From: a virus
Taxonomy: Duplodnaviria > Caudoviricetes
Direction: 5' to 3' (one strand)
Virus record (IMG/VR): IMGVR_UViG_3300016469_000261
Location: 1 to 37,000 of that record
Length of the DNA: 37,000 nt
Below, one piece after another: positions 15,529 through 25,870 of the stretch. Position 1 is the stretch's first letter. Each line of letters starts with the position of its first letter. A program made the translations under genes and the position numbers. The notes under the pieces were generated by a model. The model did no database searches, had not been told where the DNA came from, and was given only the letters and a program-made list of their open reading frames with translations.

Positions 15529-15662
15529 ACAAAATAATGAAATTTGAAACATTAAATGATCAGATGATTCTAAACACAATGAACGCAGATGGTTGGATCT
15601 GTTTGCAAATATTTAATGACGGCGAAAATTGGTATGGTTTATTTGAAAAAGTAATGGTGTAA
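15525..15662 (+). CDS. 45-aa protein, DUF4177-like (not in the ORF track)
   Basis: ATGA coupling; MNKIMKFETLNDQMILNTMNADGWICLQIFNDGENWYGLFEKVMV (LN...DGW.....F.K pattern). Confidence 0.55.
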   Translation: MNKIMKFETLNDQMILNTMNADGWICLQIFNDGENWYGLFEKVMV

Positions 15663-15874
15663 ACGTGAAGCTAGATAACGCAGCGGGAGTGTCCCCCAAG
15701 GACGCCAGGAGGCTGGCGCTGACGTTGTAGTCGATACGCAAGACTTTTACAGGAGAGCGCCACAGGATAAATGGGGTAATGACGAAGTTAAGTTAGAGCC
15801 ATTGCCCAAAGACCATTGGCGAGTTATAAGAAAGCCAAGATAAACAACCAGTAACCACCATAGCGATCTATCAA

Positions 15875-18301
15875 ATGACGATTGCAGCCAGCTCCCTTGA
15901 AGCAGCACATGCCTTATGGCACGCTGGCATATTGTCATGGAAGCTATGGCCACAACAGTTACCCATATACAACCGAATTAGAGAGCTACCACCAGAGGCA
16001 GACGAGGTGGTCATTCTTTGTGCGCGACAGTTCGGAAAGTGCCTACCATGGGATACTCCTGTAGCAACGCCGCAAGGTCCGGTAAACATTAAAGACTTAT
16101 CGGTTGGGCAGTTCGTATATGGCTATAACGAAAATGGCGATATAGAGCTAACGCAAGTCATAGCAAAAGAATGCACGGGCGAGCGCGAAGTTATTCCCAT
16201 GTACTCTGGTGGACGGTTTGTTGCAGCCAGCACCAAAGAACACAGATGGCTTGCGCGTTGGAGAAACGGATCAGAGAGGGTTGTATGCACCGATGAGTTT
16301 AAGAAAGGAGCTAAGTTTAGAAGGGAGTTTGTTAGATACCCTCTTGGATCGGTAAAAGAGCCATACGCTTATGCGCTCGGCGCTTTGATTGGTAACGGGT
16401 GTGTTGGTCACGCCAACAAGCTATTGCTATCCTCTTTCGATTGCAGAGTACCGAATAAAGTTGCCGAAATAATCGGATGCCAAGCAATTAAAGCCACAGG
16501 AAAAAATTACACTTGGTCGATCACAACAGCTAAAGGTAAGAGCAAGCACAGCGCAAAAATACTCCCTAATCACCGTGCGTGGTTTGACATGTATTCTCGC
16601 GAGAAAAGACTGCTAAGAGAAGTCATATCATCGTGGGACAGAGAAAGCTGTCTAAGCCTACTAGCGGGTCTGATCGACACCGACGGAACAGTAAGGCTTC
16701 AAGAAGATGGATGTCTAAGACTTGCTTATAACACAGCGAGCAAGCAACTAGCTCTCGATGTCCAATGGCTAATTGATAGGCTATTCCAGAGATCTCCAAC
16801 TATAACAACAAGCCACCGTAAAGGATCGGACGAGTTTACAGTTTTTGTTACCAGTAATTTACATGTCACGAGGATGCTTAAAGAGCTTAATGATTACATG
16901 GTTGTCGATCACAAGAGGTGGCAACCAGAGTACGACCACATTGGCACCAGAAACCACAAACTAGATACTATCGGGCTAACCTATGGCGATCCGTACTACG
17001 AGGAATGCTGGGATATTCAGGTAAGCAATTCAACGAATCTTTACGTTCTACACAACGAGGGTTTGATAACTCATAACAGCCACATGATCACCCTGCTGGC
17101 GGTAGAGGACTGCTTGCGGTTTGACGACGTGTGCATTCTGATTGTAGCTCCTACTTTGAAGCAATGCCGGGAGATCGTTACGCCAAGATTACGGCGCATT
17201 GCTAAAGACGCGCCACCAGGGCTTATCATGCCGTCTAAGTCAGAGGGCAAGTGGTTTATAGGCAATTCTGAGCTGGTCATGGGCGGGATGGACATTAACT
17301 CCAGCTCGCAGCGCGGTAAGACTGTCCAGAATGTCTATATTGAGGAGATCGTTGATTCAAAACCAGATGACTATAACGAGTCTCTGAAGTCAGATATTGG
17401 TCCTGCTCTAACGCATTCTGATGGCGGGAAGCTGATCTTTGCTACAACTCCTCCAAAGATACCTGACCATCCGTTCGTTACCGACACCATGGTCAAGGCT
17501 AGGCTATCAGGGTCGCTATTCACTTATACCATCGACGACAACAAAATGCTGTCTAAGGATCAGTATGATGCTTGCGTCAGAAGGTCTGGAGGACGTGACT
17601 CTGTTGACTTCCGTAGGGAGTATCTTTGCCAGATTGTTCGTGATCGCTCGATTGTCATTATCCCTGACTTTGACGACAGCCATATATCTCCCCTAGCAGA
17701 GCCAGGGCTAAATATGAACCTAGAGGTGTTCATAGACTGGGGTGGCGTTCGGGATAAAACGGCGGCGCTGCTTATGGGATATGAGTTCTTGACTGGCATG
17801 GATTATGTGATTGATGAGATGGTATGGGACCACAACACACCAACAGAATTAATAGTCAAAGACATCAGAAAAAAGTGGAAGGATCTTGCGATAGGCACCT
17901 ATTACGCTGACGTGCCTGGGCAGCTAAAGATTGACTTGGCCAACAGCCACAAGTTCCCGGTGGTCATACCCATAAAAGCTGACTGGGAGGCAGCGATAAA
18001 CGGCATGGCTAACCGTTTTACCCAGCGTAAGGTACTTATCAATCCACGTTGTAAGATGACTATCGAGACAGCTCGGTCTGGTGTCTTTAATAAGCTTCGC
18101 ACTGACTTTGATCGCTCCAAAACCTTGGGACACATGGACTGCATTGCAGCGCTCATGTACGGCATTCGATGCCTGAACAGGCTAAGTCCATACCCGGCAA
18201 CTACTACCCATCGAGATTGGCAGTGGCAGAGAGTAAAGTCTCAAGATACCATGCCGATAACACCAAAGACTTTCGGGACGCCACAAAAGAGGTTTGTGTG
18301 A
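15875..18301 (+). CDS. terL: Terminase large subunit interrupted by an intein (462 aa after splicing)
   Basis: Q motif LWPQQ; Walker A ARQFGK|S; Walker B VYIEE; ATTP coupling motif; FRREY; RNase H-like IDWG and H.D..AALMY. Confidence 0.93.
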   Translation: MTIAASSLEAAHALWHAGILSWKLWPQQLPIYNRIRELPPEADEVVILCARQFGKCLPWDTPVATPQGPVNIKDLSVGQFVYGYNENGDIELTQVIAKECTGEREVIPMYSGGRFVAASTKEHRWLARWRNGSERVVCTDEFKKGAKFRREFVRYPLGSVKEPYAYALGALIGNGCVGHANKLLLSSFDCRVPNKVAEIIGCQAIKATGKNYTWSITTAKGKSKHSAKILPNHRAWFDMYSREKRLLREVISSWDRESCLSLLAGLIDTDGTVRLQEDGCLRLAYNTASKQLALDVQWLIDRLFQRSPTITTSHRKGSDEFTVFVTSNLHVTRMLKELNDYMVVDHKRWQPEYDHIGTRNHKLDTIGLTYGDPYYEECWDIQVSNSTNLYVLHNEGLITHNSHMITLLAVEDCLRFDDVCILIVAPTLKQCREIVTPRLRRIAKDAPPGLIMPSKSEGKWFIGNSELVMGGMDINSSSQRGKTVQNVYIEEIVDSKPDDYNESLKSDIGPALTHSDGGKLIFATTPPKIPDHPFVTDTMVKARLSGSLFTYTIDDNKMLSKDQYDACVRRSGGRDSVDFRREYLCQIVRDRSIVIIPDFDDSHISPLAEPGLNMNLEVFIDWGGVRDKTAALLMGYEFLTGMDYVIDEMVWDHNTPTELIVKDIRKKWKDLAIGTYYADVPGQLKIDLANSHKFPVVIPIKADWEAAINGMANRFTQRKVLINPRCKMTIETARSGVFNKLRTDFDRSKTLGHMDCIAALMYGIRCLNRLSPYPATTTHRDWQWQRVKSQDTMPITPKTFGTPQKRFV
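16040..17077 (+). mobile_element. 346-aa intein with LAGLIDADG homing endonuclease domain
   Basis: Begins CLPWDTPV; block B STKEHRW; motifs YALGALIGNG and LLAGLIDTDG; ends WDIQV...LITHN followed by Ser+1. Confidence 0.95.
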
Positions 18302-18672
18302 GAATCACGCTAACGAGGCTTTTGGAAACCTCAAAGTACCTAGCCACCGAGGTGGGTCAGGCTATACCCGGCTTCTTTGACTACATGGCGGAGTTTGTCG
18401 AACAAGTTACCAGATCCTTGCGAAGCGGTTTGACCTTCTCAGACAACTTCGATTGCGACGTTAAGACCGTAACCCTTACTCACAACACAGAACAGATCGT
18501 TTCCGCAACAAAGACAGCCTTTGGCATTTTGCCTGTGCGTGTTGTGTCCCAAGGCGTTGGGATAGAATCCTTTGCTTGGTGGTATAACGACCAAGGCGCT
18601 TTGACTGTAAAGGCGGCATTCACGGGATCGCCTACCAGCGCTCAGAGCGTTGTTATTGTGGTATTATTTTAG
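18298..18672 (+). CDS. Putative virion protein (124 aa)
   Basis: GTGA overlap with the terL stop; N-terminal helix, GLTFSDN motif, then beta strands. Confidence 0.65.
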   Translation: MRITLTRLLETSKYLATEVGQAIPGFFDYMAEFVEQVTRSLRSGLTFSDNFDCDVKTVTLTHNTEQIVSATKTAFGILPVRVVSQGVGIESFAWWYNDQGALTVKAAFTGSPTSAQSVVIVVLF

Positions 18673-18720
18673 TACGCTCTCCACAGAAATAACAAAAATC
18701 ACATCTACCAGAAAGGCGAC

Positions 18721-19644
18721 GTGATGACTGAAGCAAGTCAGGGCGCTGCTGCGTCCAATGATTCTGTGTCTGGGAGTAGTAATAATCAGGTGTCAGGTAA
18801 GCGCGTCTATGTACCGGAGCATAAGACGGCACCAACGAATGCGGAGCCACCGAAACCAGCTCCTACATTCAAGGGCACCAAGCACAAGGTTCGAGTCGAG
18901 GGGCAGGAGTTCGAGGTTGATTACGACGATTTACTCACTGGATACCAAAAGGCTCAAGCGAGTTCTAAGCGGTTCCAAGAAGCGAGTAAAATCCATCAAG
19001 AATCGAAGCCAGTAATTGAAGCTCTCGAAAAGGGAGATATCAAGTTTCTGGTTAACAAGCTTGGTCCAGATAGAGCTAAACAGCTTTTTGAGGACTATCT
19101 TGTCGAACAAATGGAGTACGAAAGTCTCTCTCCCATCGAAAAGAAAGCTATTGAGGCTGAACGTCGAGCCAAGCAATTAGAAGAGCAACTTGAAGCTCGC
19201 AAGAAGCAGGATGCTGAAGCAGAGCAAAAGGAAAAGCTAACTAAGGCTCACGATGAGGTTGACGCACAAGTCTCTGAAGCGCTCAAAAAGATTGGAAAGA
19301 AGCCAACACCAAGGCTCGTGGTCCGTATCGTCGATGAAATGATTTCTGACATGACTACCGGCAACGATACCTTTGATGCTGACAAAGCTTCTGCCAAGGC
19401 GATTAGGTCGGTTCATCAGGACATATCAGAGTTCTTAAGTGACATGAGTGCTGCTGATGCAATCCAGATTCTGCCTCCACAGCTTTTGAAGGCGATCAGG
19501 GAATACGAAGTGCAACAGGTTATGGGTGAAAAGTCCAAGATAAGAGTGAAACCAGAGGCCAAGCCACAAAGTAATGCTGCTTCAAACAAAGCAAAAAGTA
19601 TTACCGAGGCTTTTAAATCTATCGAACAACGCTTTGCGAGGTAA
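18721..19644 (+). CDS. Capsid scaffolding protein
   Basis: KVRVEGQEFEVDYDDL..GYQK motif; long charged coiled coil; upstream of the capsid gene. Confidence 0.8.
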   Translation: MMTEASQGAAASNDSVSGSSNNQVSGKRVYVPEHKTAPTNAEPPKPAPTFKGTKHKVRVEGQEFEVDYDDLLTGYQKAQASSKRFQEASKIHQESKPVIEALEKGDIKFLVNKLGPDRAKQLFEDYLVEQMEYESLSPIEKKAIEAERRAKQLEEQLEARKKQDAEAEQKEKLTKAHDEVDAQVSEALKKIGKKPTPRLVVRIVDEMISDMTTGNDTFDADKASAKAIRSVHQDISEFLSDMSAADAIQILPPQLLKAIREYEVQQVMGEKSKIRVKPEAKPQSNAASNKAKSITEAFKSIEQRFAR

Positions 19645-19650
19645 AATAAT

Positions 19651-20139
19651 ATGTCAAAGATGAGCCTAGCTTATTATAATGATCAACTTGGAAAGGTTGA
19701 TCCTCACGTTACCCAATTGGTTTTTGATATCACAGGCGCTAAGGCGTCTTCTCCAATCCCAGCTAACAGCGCTTCGCTGGTTGCCTACGACGCGATTGCA
19801 TCCCAATCCGTTATTGACGACTTCCTGGGAACGACCAACGAGTTTTTAGTTTCTGCTTTTGACGCAACCGCAATGGGCACCGATGCAATTGCTTGTATCG
19901 TTAACATGTGCGGACAAATGAAGCAGCTAGTTTACGTCGAAGTGCTCGTTTATAGCGGCACTGGCGGCGCGACGCTCACGTCACGGGCTGTTCAAGCCTC
20001 CTCTGCTTTGACGGGATCTCTGGCAACAGAGGCTGCCGTTGGAGCATCGGGCAACGTTGCAGTTAAGGCTGTGGTCACTGGCCTTGATGCCTTGACTGAC
20101 GGAACCATCGTTGTTCGTTTGCACTGGATCTCAAAATAA
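19651..20139 (+). CDS. Putative head decoration/cement protein
   Basis: Ala/Thr/Val-rich 162 aa between scaffold and capsid; call is positional. Confidence 0.5.
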   Translation: MSKMSLAYYNDQLGKVDPHVTQLVFDITGAKASSPIPANSASLVAYDAIASQSVIDDFLGTTNEFLVSAFDATAMGTDAIACIVNMCGQMKQLVYVEVLVYSGTGGATLTSRAVQASSALTGSLATEAAVGASGNVAVKAVVTGLDALTDGTIVVRLHWISK

Positions 20140-20165
20140 TTAAACGAAAATAAGGAGCTACTTAT

Positions 20166-21491
20166 ATGACGACTCAAGGAAGTGTTTCAAATAAGGACGC
20201 AATTGAACTATTCAAGGATGTCTATGGCGAGATGCACGATCTGGTTCCTGATGACCAGATTTTGGCAAAAGACATCCCTTGGGATGAAGGTTCTAAGGTT
20301 GGTGACAAGTTCAAGGAAGACGTAGTTTTGGGAGCAGAAACTGGTATCACCTTCGGTGGTTCCGGCCAAGATGCTTTCGAGATTAACCCAGCTATCGCTG
20401 GCGCTGTTCGTCAGACGGAAGTGACGCCATATGTCACTATGTTGCCGTCCATTTTGCCGTTTGCGACTATTTCACGCTCGCTCGGTGACGAGAAAGCATT
20501 CTTCCAAGCAACCAAGTTCATCACGATGAACAACCTAAAATCCCACAACAAGTTCAAAGAGATTACTCGTCTCTATGGTCAAAGCACCAAAGGCTTGGGA
20601 ACCGTTGCCTACATGACGCAAACCTATCGTGGCGTTGCGTTTACGAACGGCACCGGAACCTTGAACAGTATCGCTTTCACCAACGGCATCAACGCTGCTG
20701 GCAAGTATATCTTGATCAACGCTGGCCAGTTTGCTGCTGGTCACTGGGTTGGTATGCAAGGCATGAAAGTGAAGCAAGTTAACGTCTCAACTGGCGCTGT
20801 TGTTGGCGCTGGTAAGCTCGTTAGCTACAACGCGAAGTATGGCTACATTAAAGTAGACTTTACTCCGGTTGCTGCTTCTAGCTTGAACAGCCATAAGCTA
20901 GTTCTTGACGGCTGGGAGTCGTCTGGTGAGATGGTCGGTATCGAGGCGATCTTGACCAACACTGGCATGCTCTTTGGTATCAATACGGCACAATACCCAT
21001 TGTTCAAGGGTAACGTCGTTGATAACGAAAGCAAGAAACTGACTTTAGCTCGCCTTAACGAGTATATCGCTGATGCGGTAAACGGTGGCGGTTTGGAAGG
21101 TGACGTAACTGTTTACGTTAACCCACGCACTTGGGGAACCATGGCGTCAACGGAAGCAGGACTTCGCGTTTATGACAAGTCATACAGCGAAAGCCAAGCT
21201 AAAAACGGCTTCATGGACCTTGAGTTCTACAGCCAAACCGGCAAGCTCACTATCAAGGCGCACCGTTGCGTTAAAGAGGGCGAAGCTGCTGTATTAAAGC
21301 TTGATTGCTGGAAGCGTTCAGGCTCCGCGCAAGTAGGCTTCAAAGTTCCAGGTATGGACCAAGACTTGATCAAGCCTCTTGATAACCAAGCTGGCTATCA
21401 ATTCAAGTCGTTTGGTGATGAGTACACGTTTACTTATCAGCCAGCGCACAATATCTGGATCACCGGAATCAACGACGAATCTGCAAGCTAA
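20166..21491 (+). CDS. Major capsid protein
   Basis: taaggag RBS; FK.VYG N-terminus; GI..I....G..FGI....YP.FKG motif; follows the scaffold and is followed by a terminator. Confidence 0.85.
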   Translation: MTTQGSVSNKDAIELFKDVYGEMHDLVPDDQILAKDIPWDEGSKVGDKFKEDVVLGAETGITFGGSGQDAFEINPAIAGAVRQTEVTPYVTMLPSILPFATISRSLGDEKAFFQATKFITMNNLKSHNKFKEITRLYGQSTKGLGTVAYMTQTYRGVAFTNGTGTLNSIAFTNGINAAGKYILINAGQFAAGHWVGMQGMKVKQVNVSTGAVVGAGKLVSYNAKYGYIKVDFTPVAASSLNSHKLVLDGWESSGEMVGIEAILTNTGMLFGINTAQYPLFKGNVVDNESKKLTLARLNEYIADAVNGGGLEGDVTVYVNPRTWGTMASTEAGLRVYDKSYSESQAKNGFMDLEFYSQTGKLTIKAHRCVKEGEAAVLKLDCWKRSGSAQVGFKVPGMDQDLIKPLDNQAGYQFKSFGDEYTFTYQPAHNIWITGINDESAS

Positions 21492-21504
21492 TCAGTGAAA
21501 CCTT

Positions 21505-21543
21505 GGGGAGTGCAGCCTTCGGGCTGCCTTCCCTTTTCTCTTT
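21505..21543 (+). terminator. Rho-independent terminator after the capsid gene
   Basis: gcagcc-TTCG-ggctgc stem extended by ggga/tccc, followed by ttttctcttt. Confidence 0.85.
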
Positions 21544-21557
21544 AATAGAGGTCAAAG

Positions 21558-24500
21558 ATGGCTACGAATGTAACTTGGAACGGTATCACCTATTCAATAC
21601 CGGCTGCTGGTGAAACGGGCTGGGCAAGTCTTAGCGATTTTTTGATCGCTCTTGGCAACGGCGCTGCTGTTGCTCAAGAAATGGTGCAAACGCTCAACGT
21701 ACAATCCGGAGCGAGCTATACTTTATCTTCAACAACTGATTGGTCTGTTTATCTAACGAATGCTGGAGCAAGAGCGATTACGCTACCTGCTGGCGTAACC
21801 AATCAAGTGTTTATGATCGTTGATGGCTCTGACGCTTCTGTTGGGAACATCACGATAACGCCAAACGGCGCGGAAACGATTAACGGCGCTGCAACACTTG
21901 TTTTAAATAAAAACAGAGCCTGGGTGATGATCCAATATCATACCGGGTCTACTGATTGGAAAGTTATCGGCCAAGGTCAAGGTCTTGGTAACTTGGTGAG
22001 CTTATCGTCTGGTGTAACTGGTACTTTGCCAATCGCCAACGGCGGCACTGGCCAAACGACTGCTAATGCTGCTTTAAATGCTTTGTTGCCTTCCCAGACT
22101 GCAAACCGAGTATTGCGATCTGACGGGACCAACACCTCATTTTCACAGGTTGCTTTAGGCACTGATGTCAGCGGCACGTTGCCAGTAGCAAACGGCGGGA
22201 CTAATTCCAGTACCGCGCTAAACAACAACAGAGTCATGCAGTCTTCTGGTGGCGCTATTGTCGAGGCTGCTGCAATCACAGCTTCACGGGCTTTAGTGTC
22301 TGACTCTAACGGCATACCTACGCACAGCACTGTGACACAGGCTGCTTTAGAGGGCTTTGCTGGGGACATAGCAGGAAAGCAGCCTTTAGATGCAACCTTG
22401 ACAGCTCTTGCTGGTCTTGATGGTACTTCTGGTGTGTTGGCTCAGACTGGCGTTGATACATTTGCAAAGCGCACTATCAGCGCTGGTAGCTCAAAAATTA
22501 TTGTAACAAACGGCACAGGCGCGTCTGGTAATCCATCAATTGACGTATCAGAGTCAGACCTGACTTTAGGCAACATCGGCGGTACGCTTGGGGTCCCTAA
22601 GGGCGGCACAGGCGCAACAACAGCAAACGGCGCACTAGCAAATATTTCAGGAATGACGGCCAAAGGTGACATAATTACTCGTGACGCTAGTTCTCCAGCT
22701 ATTTTAGGTGTCGGCATTAACGGTCAAGTTCTCACTGCTGATTCAAGTCAAACTCTAGGTATGAAGTGGGCCGACATCGGCAACGGAGGTTCTGGCGAAA
22801 TAAATGTAATTGAAAACCCTTCGGCGGCATCGGCTATAACTGGCTGGGTTGCCTCCGGTGCGGGTATCACCGTAGATAGAACAACCGCAGCTAGTGACTT
22901 ACCTTTAAAAGGTCCAGTTAATTCAGCGATTAAGATTGCTCCTGTTTCTGGCAGCAATTACGTCCGATATCGCTGGACAATGCCAGCGGCACTTAAAAAC
23001 AGAAAACTGAAACTAGAATGGCATCAAAGGCCGCTATCAGGTTATGCAAGCGGCGATTTGAAAGTTGAAGTTTATAAAAACTCACTCTCTGATTACACCG
23101 GAAGCTACACTGAATTCGCCTTATCAACAGATAGTTCTGGAACATCTGCGATACCTAATGCGACTGGTAAATACTCCTCGTCCTATGACACCGATGACGG
23201 TGACTACTACGAATTGAGAATAGTTCGAGTTTCAGGAACCACGGCTCTCAATATAACCAACGTGATTATCGGTCCGGGGATTCAACCGCAGGGTGCGGTT
23301 GTCAGTGGAGAACAATCTTACAGCCCAACACTAGTAGGATTCGGTAGTCCAACAATTCAAAGTTTTACATACAGCCGAGATGGTGAATATATAGAAATCC
23401 AAGGCCGTTTTGTTACCGGCACAAATACGGGAACAGAGGCTAGAATACCATTACCAACTGGACTTACTATTTCAGGTTATGTAGCAAATAAAGTAGTAGG
23501 TCGCCTTTATCAAGAGGCTGTCAACAGCTCCGACGACAGTTTTTCTATTCTCGCCATTGATGGCAATAGCTACCTGACGATAGGAGAGCAAAGTTCTAAC
23601 GACGGTCTTACAAACGTAATAGGTACGGTATTGGCTTCTAGTCAGCCTACGTCGTTTTATGCTCGTGTTAGAATCGCCGAATGGGCAGGCTCAGGCACCG
23701 TCAACCTAGCGCAGAATGATGTGGAGTATGCATATAATACCGGCACCTGGGACGCAGATGATGAATCCTCCTTTGGGTATGGTCCATCAGGTCAAACAAT
23801 ACCTACCAGCACAAATTTAACAACCTCACGAACAAAAAGAATTAGGTTCTCAACTCCCGTACAACCAACGGATGTATTATCGTTAGAGTTCGAGGTAGCT
23901 GGTAGATGGGTTGAATTGTCCGCATATCTGAGAGATACTGGTTACACCATTCTACCACTGCACTATGGTGCGTCTGCTGCAACTACAGATGAAGTAGGTG
24001 CTATAGTGCAGCCGATCTCTGGGTCTTCCACAGACGTATATGTCAGGTTTGGACGTTACGCAGCACGGTATAACAATGCTACCAATGTTGGCTGGTCAAC
24101 CGCTATTTCTTCCTCAACTATTAAATGGCGTGTTCGTAAGGCGGCTGGCGGCCAAGCGGTAGGATTTGGTTTAGCTACGATAACCGAACCTGGATTACTT
24201 AAAAAATCCCGCTGGCAGCGTAAGGCGCTGGGAAGTTCGTTTACATCAACAGGGGAGATAACCGGGCTTAAGTTTAACAACTTGGTTGTCGGTCGCACAT
24301 ATAGGTATTCAGGTACGCTTGGTATTTCTTGTAATAATGCCGCACGAGATGCGCTCCAGTTAGAAATACGACAAGGCTCGACAAATATTGATAGTGTAGA
24401 GCCTTTTAAAGAAAAGGCAGTCCCTACTAGTGAAGTAGAGAATACATCTTATGCTTTTAACGTCATATTTACCGCAACTGAAACAACAGCTAATTTGAAT

Positions 24501-24596
24501 GTGACATCTAACAGTGCTTCAACTGCTATTGATACTACGTCATGGGCAATGATTGAGGAATTAAACGACTTCGATGCAACGACGGACTTCACATGA
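21558..24596 (+). CDS. Tail fibre protein (1012 aa)
   Basis: GTLP(I/V)ANGGT repeats, [29 protein letters not shown]...G.KW; several C-terminal beta domains. Confidence 0.85.
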   Translation: MATNVTWNGITYSIPAAGETGWASLSDFLIALGNGAAVAQEMVQTLNVQSGASYTLSSTTDWSVYLTNAGARAITLPAGVTNQVFMIVDGSDASVGNITITPNGAETINGAATLVLNKNRAWVMIQYHTGSTDWKVIGQGQGLGNLVSLSSGVTGTLPIANGGTGQTTANAALNALLPSQTANRVLRSDGTNTSFSQVALGTDVSGTLPVANGGTNSSTALNNNRVMQSSGGAIVEAAAITASRALVSDSNGIPTHSTVTQAALEGFAGDIAGKQPLDATLTALAGLDGTSGVLAQTGVDTFAKRTISAGSSKIIVTNGTGASGNPSIDVSESDLTLGNIGGTLGVPKGGTGATTANGALANISGMTAKGDIITRDASSPAILGVGINGQVLTADSSQTLGMKWADIGNGGSGEINVIENPSAASAITGWVASGAGITVDRTTAASDLPLKGPVNSAIKIAPVSGSNYVRYRWTMPAALKNRKLKLEWHQRPLSGYASGDLKVEVYKNSLSDYTGSYTEFALSTDSSGTSAIPNATGKYSSSYDTDDGDYYELRIVRVSGTTALNITNVIIGPGIQPQGAVVSGEQSYSPTLVGFGSPTIQSFTYSRDGEYIEIQGRFVTGTNTGTEARIPLPTGLTISGYVANKVVGRLYQEAVNSSDDSFSILAIDGNSYLTIGEQSSNDGLTNVIGTVLASSQPTSFYARVRIAEWAGSGTVNLAQNDVEYAYNTGTWDADDESSFGYGPSGQTIPTSTNLTTSRTKRIRFSTPVQPTDVLSLEFEVAGRWVELSAYLRDTGYTILPLHYGASAATTDEVGAIVQPISGSSTDVYVRFGRYAARYNNATNVGWSTAISSSTIKWRVRKAAGGQAVGFGLATITEPGLLKKSRWQRKALGSSFTSTGEITGLKFNNLVVGRTYRYSGTLGISCNNAARDALQLEIRQGSTNIDSVEPFKEKAVPTSEVENTSYAFNVIFTATETTANLNVTSNSASTAIDTTSWAMIEELNDFDATTDFT

Positions 24597-25510
24597 TTAA
24601 ATTATTATCCATCGTAATCGCATTAACCATAACAGCCTGCAAGCGTGACAACGAGCCTGTTGAATCGACAACAAGCGAGGCGCTTGAAAGTAAAAAGGCG
24701 TTTTATTGTGCAGAAGGAAAGCGCGTCCTATCCGAACGTGGCTTTATGGACGACAAATGCGATTCACTTCTGTTTACCTCTTTATGGGCCGTAGCGTGCG
24801 AGCCTTCATTTAGCGTGCAAGATTGGGAAGATCCAGAGTTTCCTGGCAAGTGGCATCGCAATCCTCAGCGCGATTGCTATTTAAACGGCGCACCAAACGG
24901 CGCGGCGTCTTCTATCAGCCGGGATATGATGCTTGGCCTTTGGCACCTTCTTTGGTCGAAGCAGGACAAGGATAATATCCGCGATTTAATCGCCTACGGT
25001 GAGAAAAATAATTGGGTAATGGGTGAGGCAAAAGATTTTGAAACTCTCATATCTCGCGCAACATTGTCGCCGCAACTTATCTCGCTTTTATACGCTATGG
25101 AAGGCGGCGCGGCACTTACCCAACAAAGCGATGACGCGATTGGAATCAATACGGGGTTCCGCGCCCATCTTGATATTCTTCGGATTCTACTTAATAGTCG
25201 GGTTCGTGGTGCTATCTCTGATTTTGAACTCGGAACCTTGAAAGCGCAAGCGGAGCGCCAACCACACAACGCGCTATTTGTTGGCGCTTACGAAAGATTT
25301 AAAGGCGGGTCAAAAGCAATTGACCTTCTGCTTTCGGAAAAACACTTTCCAAAAGACAAGCTACCAAACAATCACGAACAGCACTGTATAAATTACTTAT
25401 TTTCTCGTGACGAGGAATCCGAAGACTGGATTCCTTGTAAAGACGAGCCATTTAAAGAACATGACGGCACCGATTTTGTTTTCGCTGCTTGGGTTATATC
25501 TAATCTTTAG
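24593..25510 (+). CDS. Predicted lipoprotein (305 aa), function unknown
   Basis: MIK + hydrophobic core + lipobox ITA-C16; mostly helical body with several Cys. Confidence 0.75.
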   Translation: MIKLLSIVIALTITACKRDNEPVESTTSEALESKKAFYCAEGKRVLSERGFMDDKCDSLLFTSLWAVACEPSFSVQDWEDPEFPGKWHRNPQRDCYLNGAPNGAASSISRDMMLGLWHLLWSKQDKDNIRDLIAYGEKNNWVMGEAKDFETLISRATLSPQLISLLYAMEGGAALTQQSDDAIGINTGFRAHLDILRILLNSRVRGAISDFELGTLKAQAERQPHNALFVGAYERFKGGSKAIDLLLSEKHFPKDKLPNNHEQHCINYLFSRDEESEDWIPCKDEPFKEHDGTDFVFAAWVISNL

Positions 25511-25519
25511 GAGGGCAAA

Positions 25520-25870
25520 ATGCTTGATCCATACAAAGAAGCGAAGCTTGAGAAATTAAAGCAACTAAAAAAGCTCATGTACGAGCTGATGGCTGAAGAG
25601 GGCATGGGACCAGATGAGGAGATGTCAGAATCTGGTTTACACGAAGCCATGGAGGCTGCTGAAGAGGAATCTATGCCAGAGGGCGAAGGCATGGAAAAGG
25701 AAGACAGCAAAATGTCTGCCATGGAAGAGCTTCGCAAAATGAAAGAGGAATATTTTAAGCCGAAAGTTCGCGAGAGACGACCAGGAACAGCTATAATGTT
25801 TGAGTCGATCTCAGCTAAACCGATGATGAGCAAGCCAGCGATGTCATCAAAAAAAGGCAAATATAAATGA
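25520..25870 (+). CDS. Glu/Met-rich low-complexity protein
   Basis: aggagg RBS; acidic core with basic ends. Confidence 0.65.
   Translation: MLDPYKEAKLEKLKQLKKLMYELMAEEGMGPDEEMSESGLHEAMEAAEEESMPEGEGMEKEDSKMSAMEELRKMKEEYFKPKVRERRPGTAIMFESISAKPMMSKPAMSSKKGKYK

Noticed and set aside
15690-15745. Remnant peptide RQEAGADVVVDT as a duplicate of the TerS C-terminus REGVTQDVIIDS
   Set aside because: The similarity is too short and weak at DNA level to support a duplication
18169-18297. Upstream extension of the ORF after terL
   Set aside because: Overlaps the terL C-terminus; GTG 18298 with a gagg RBS is more plausible
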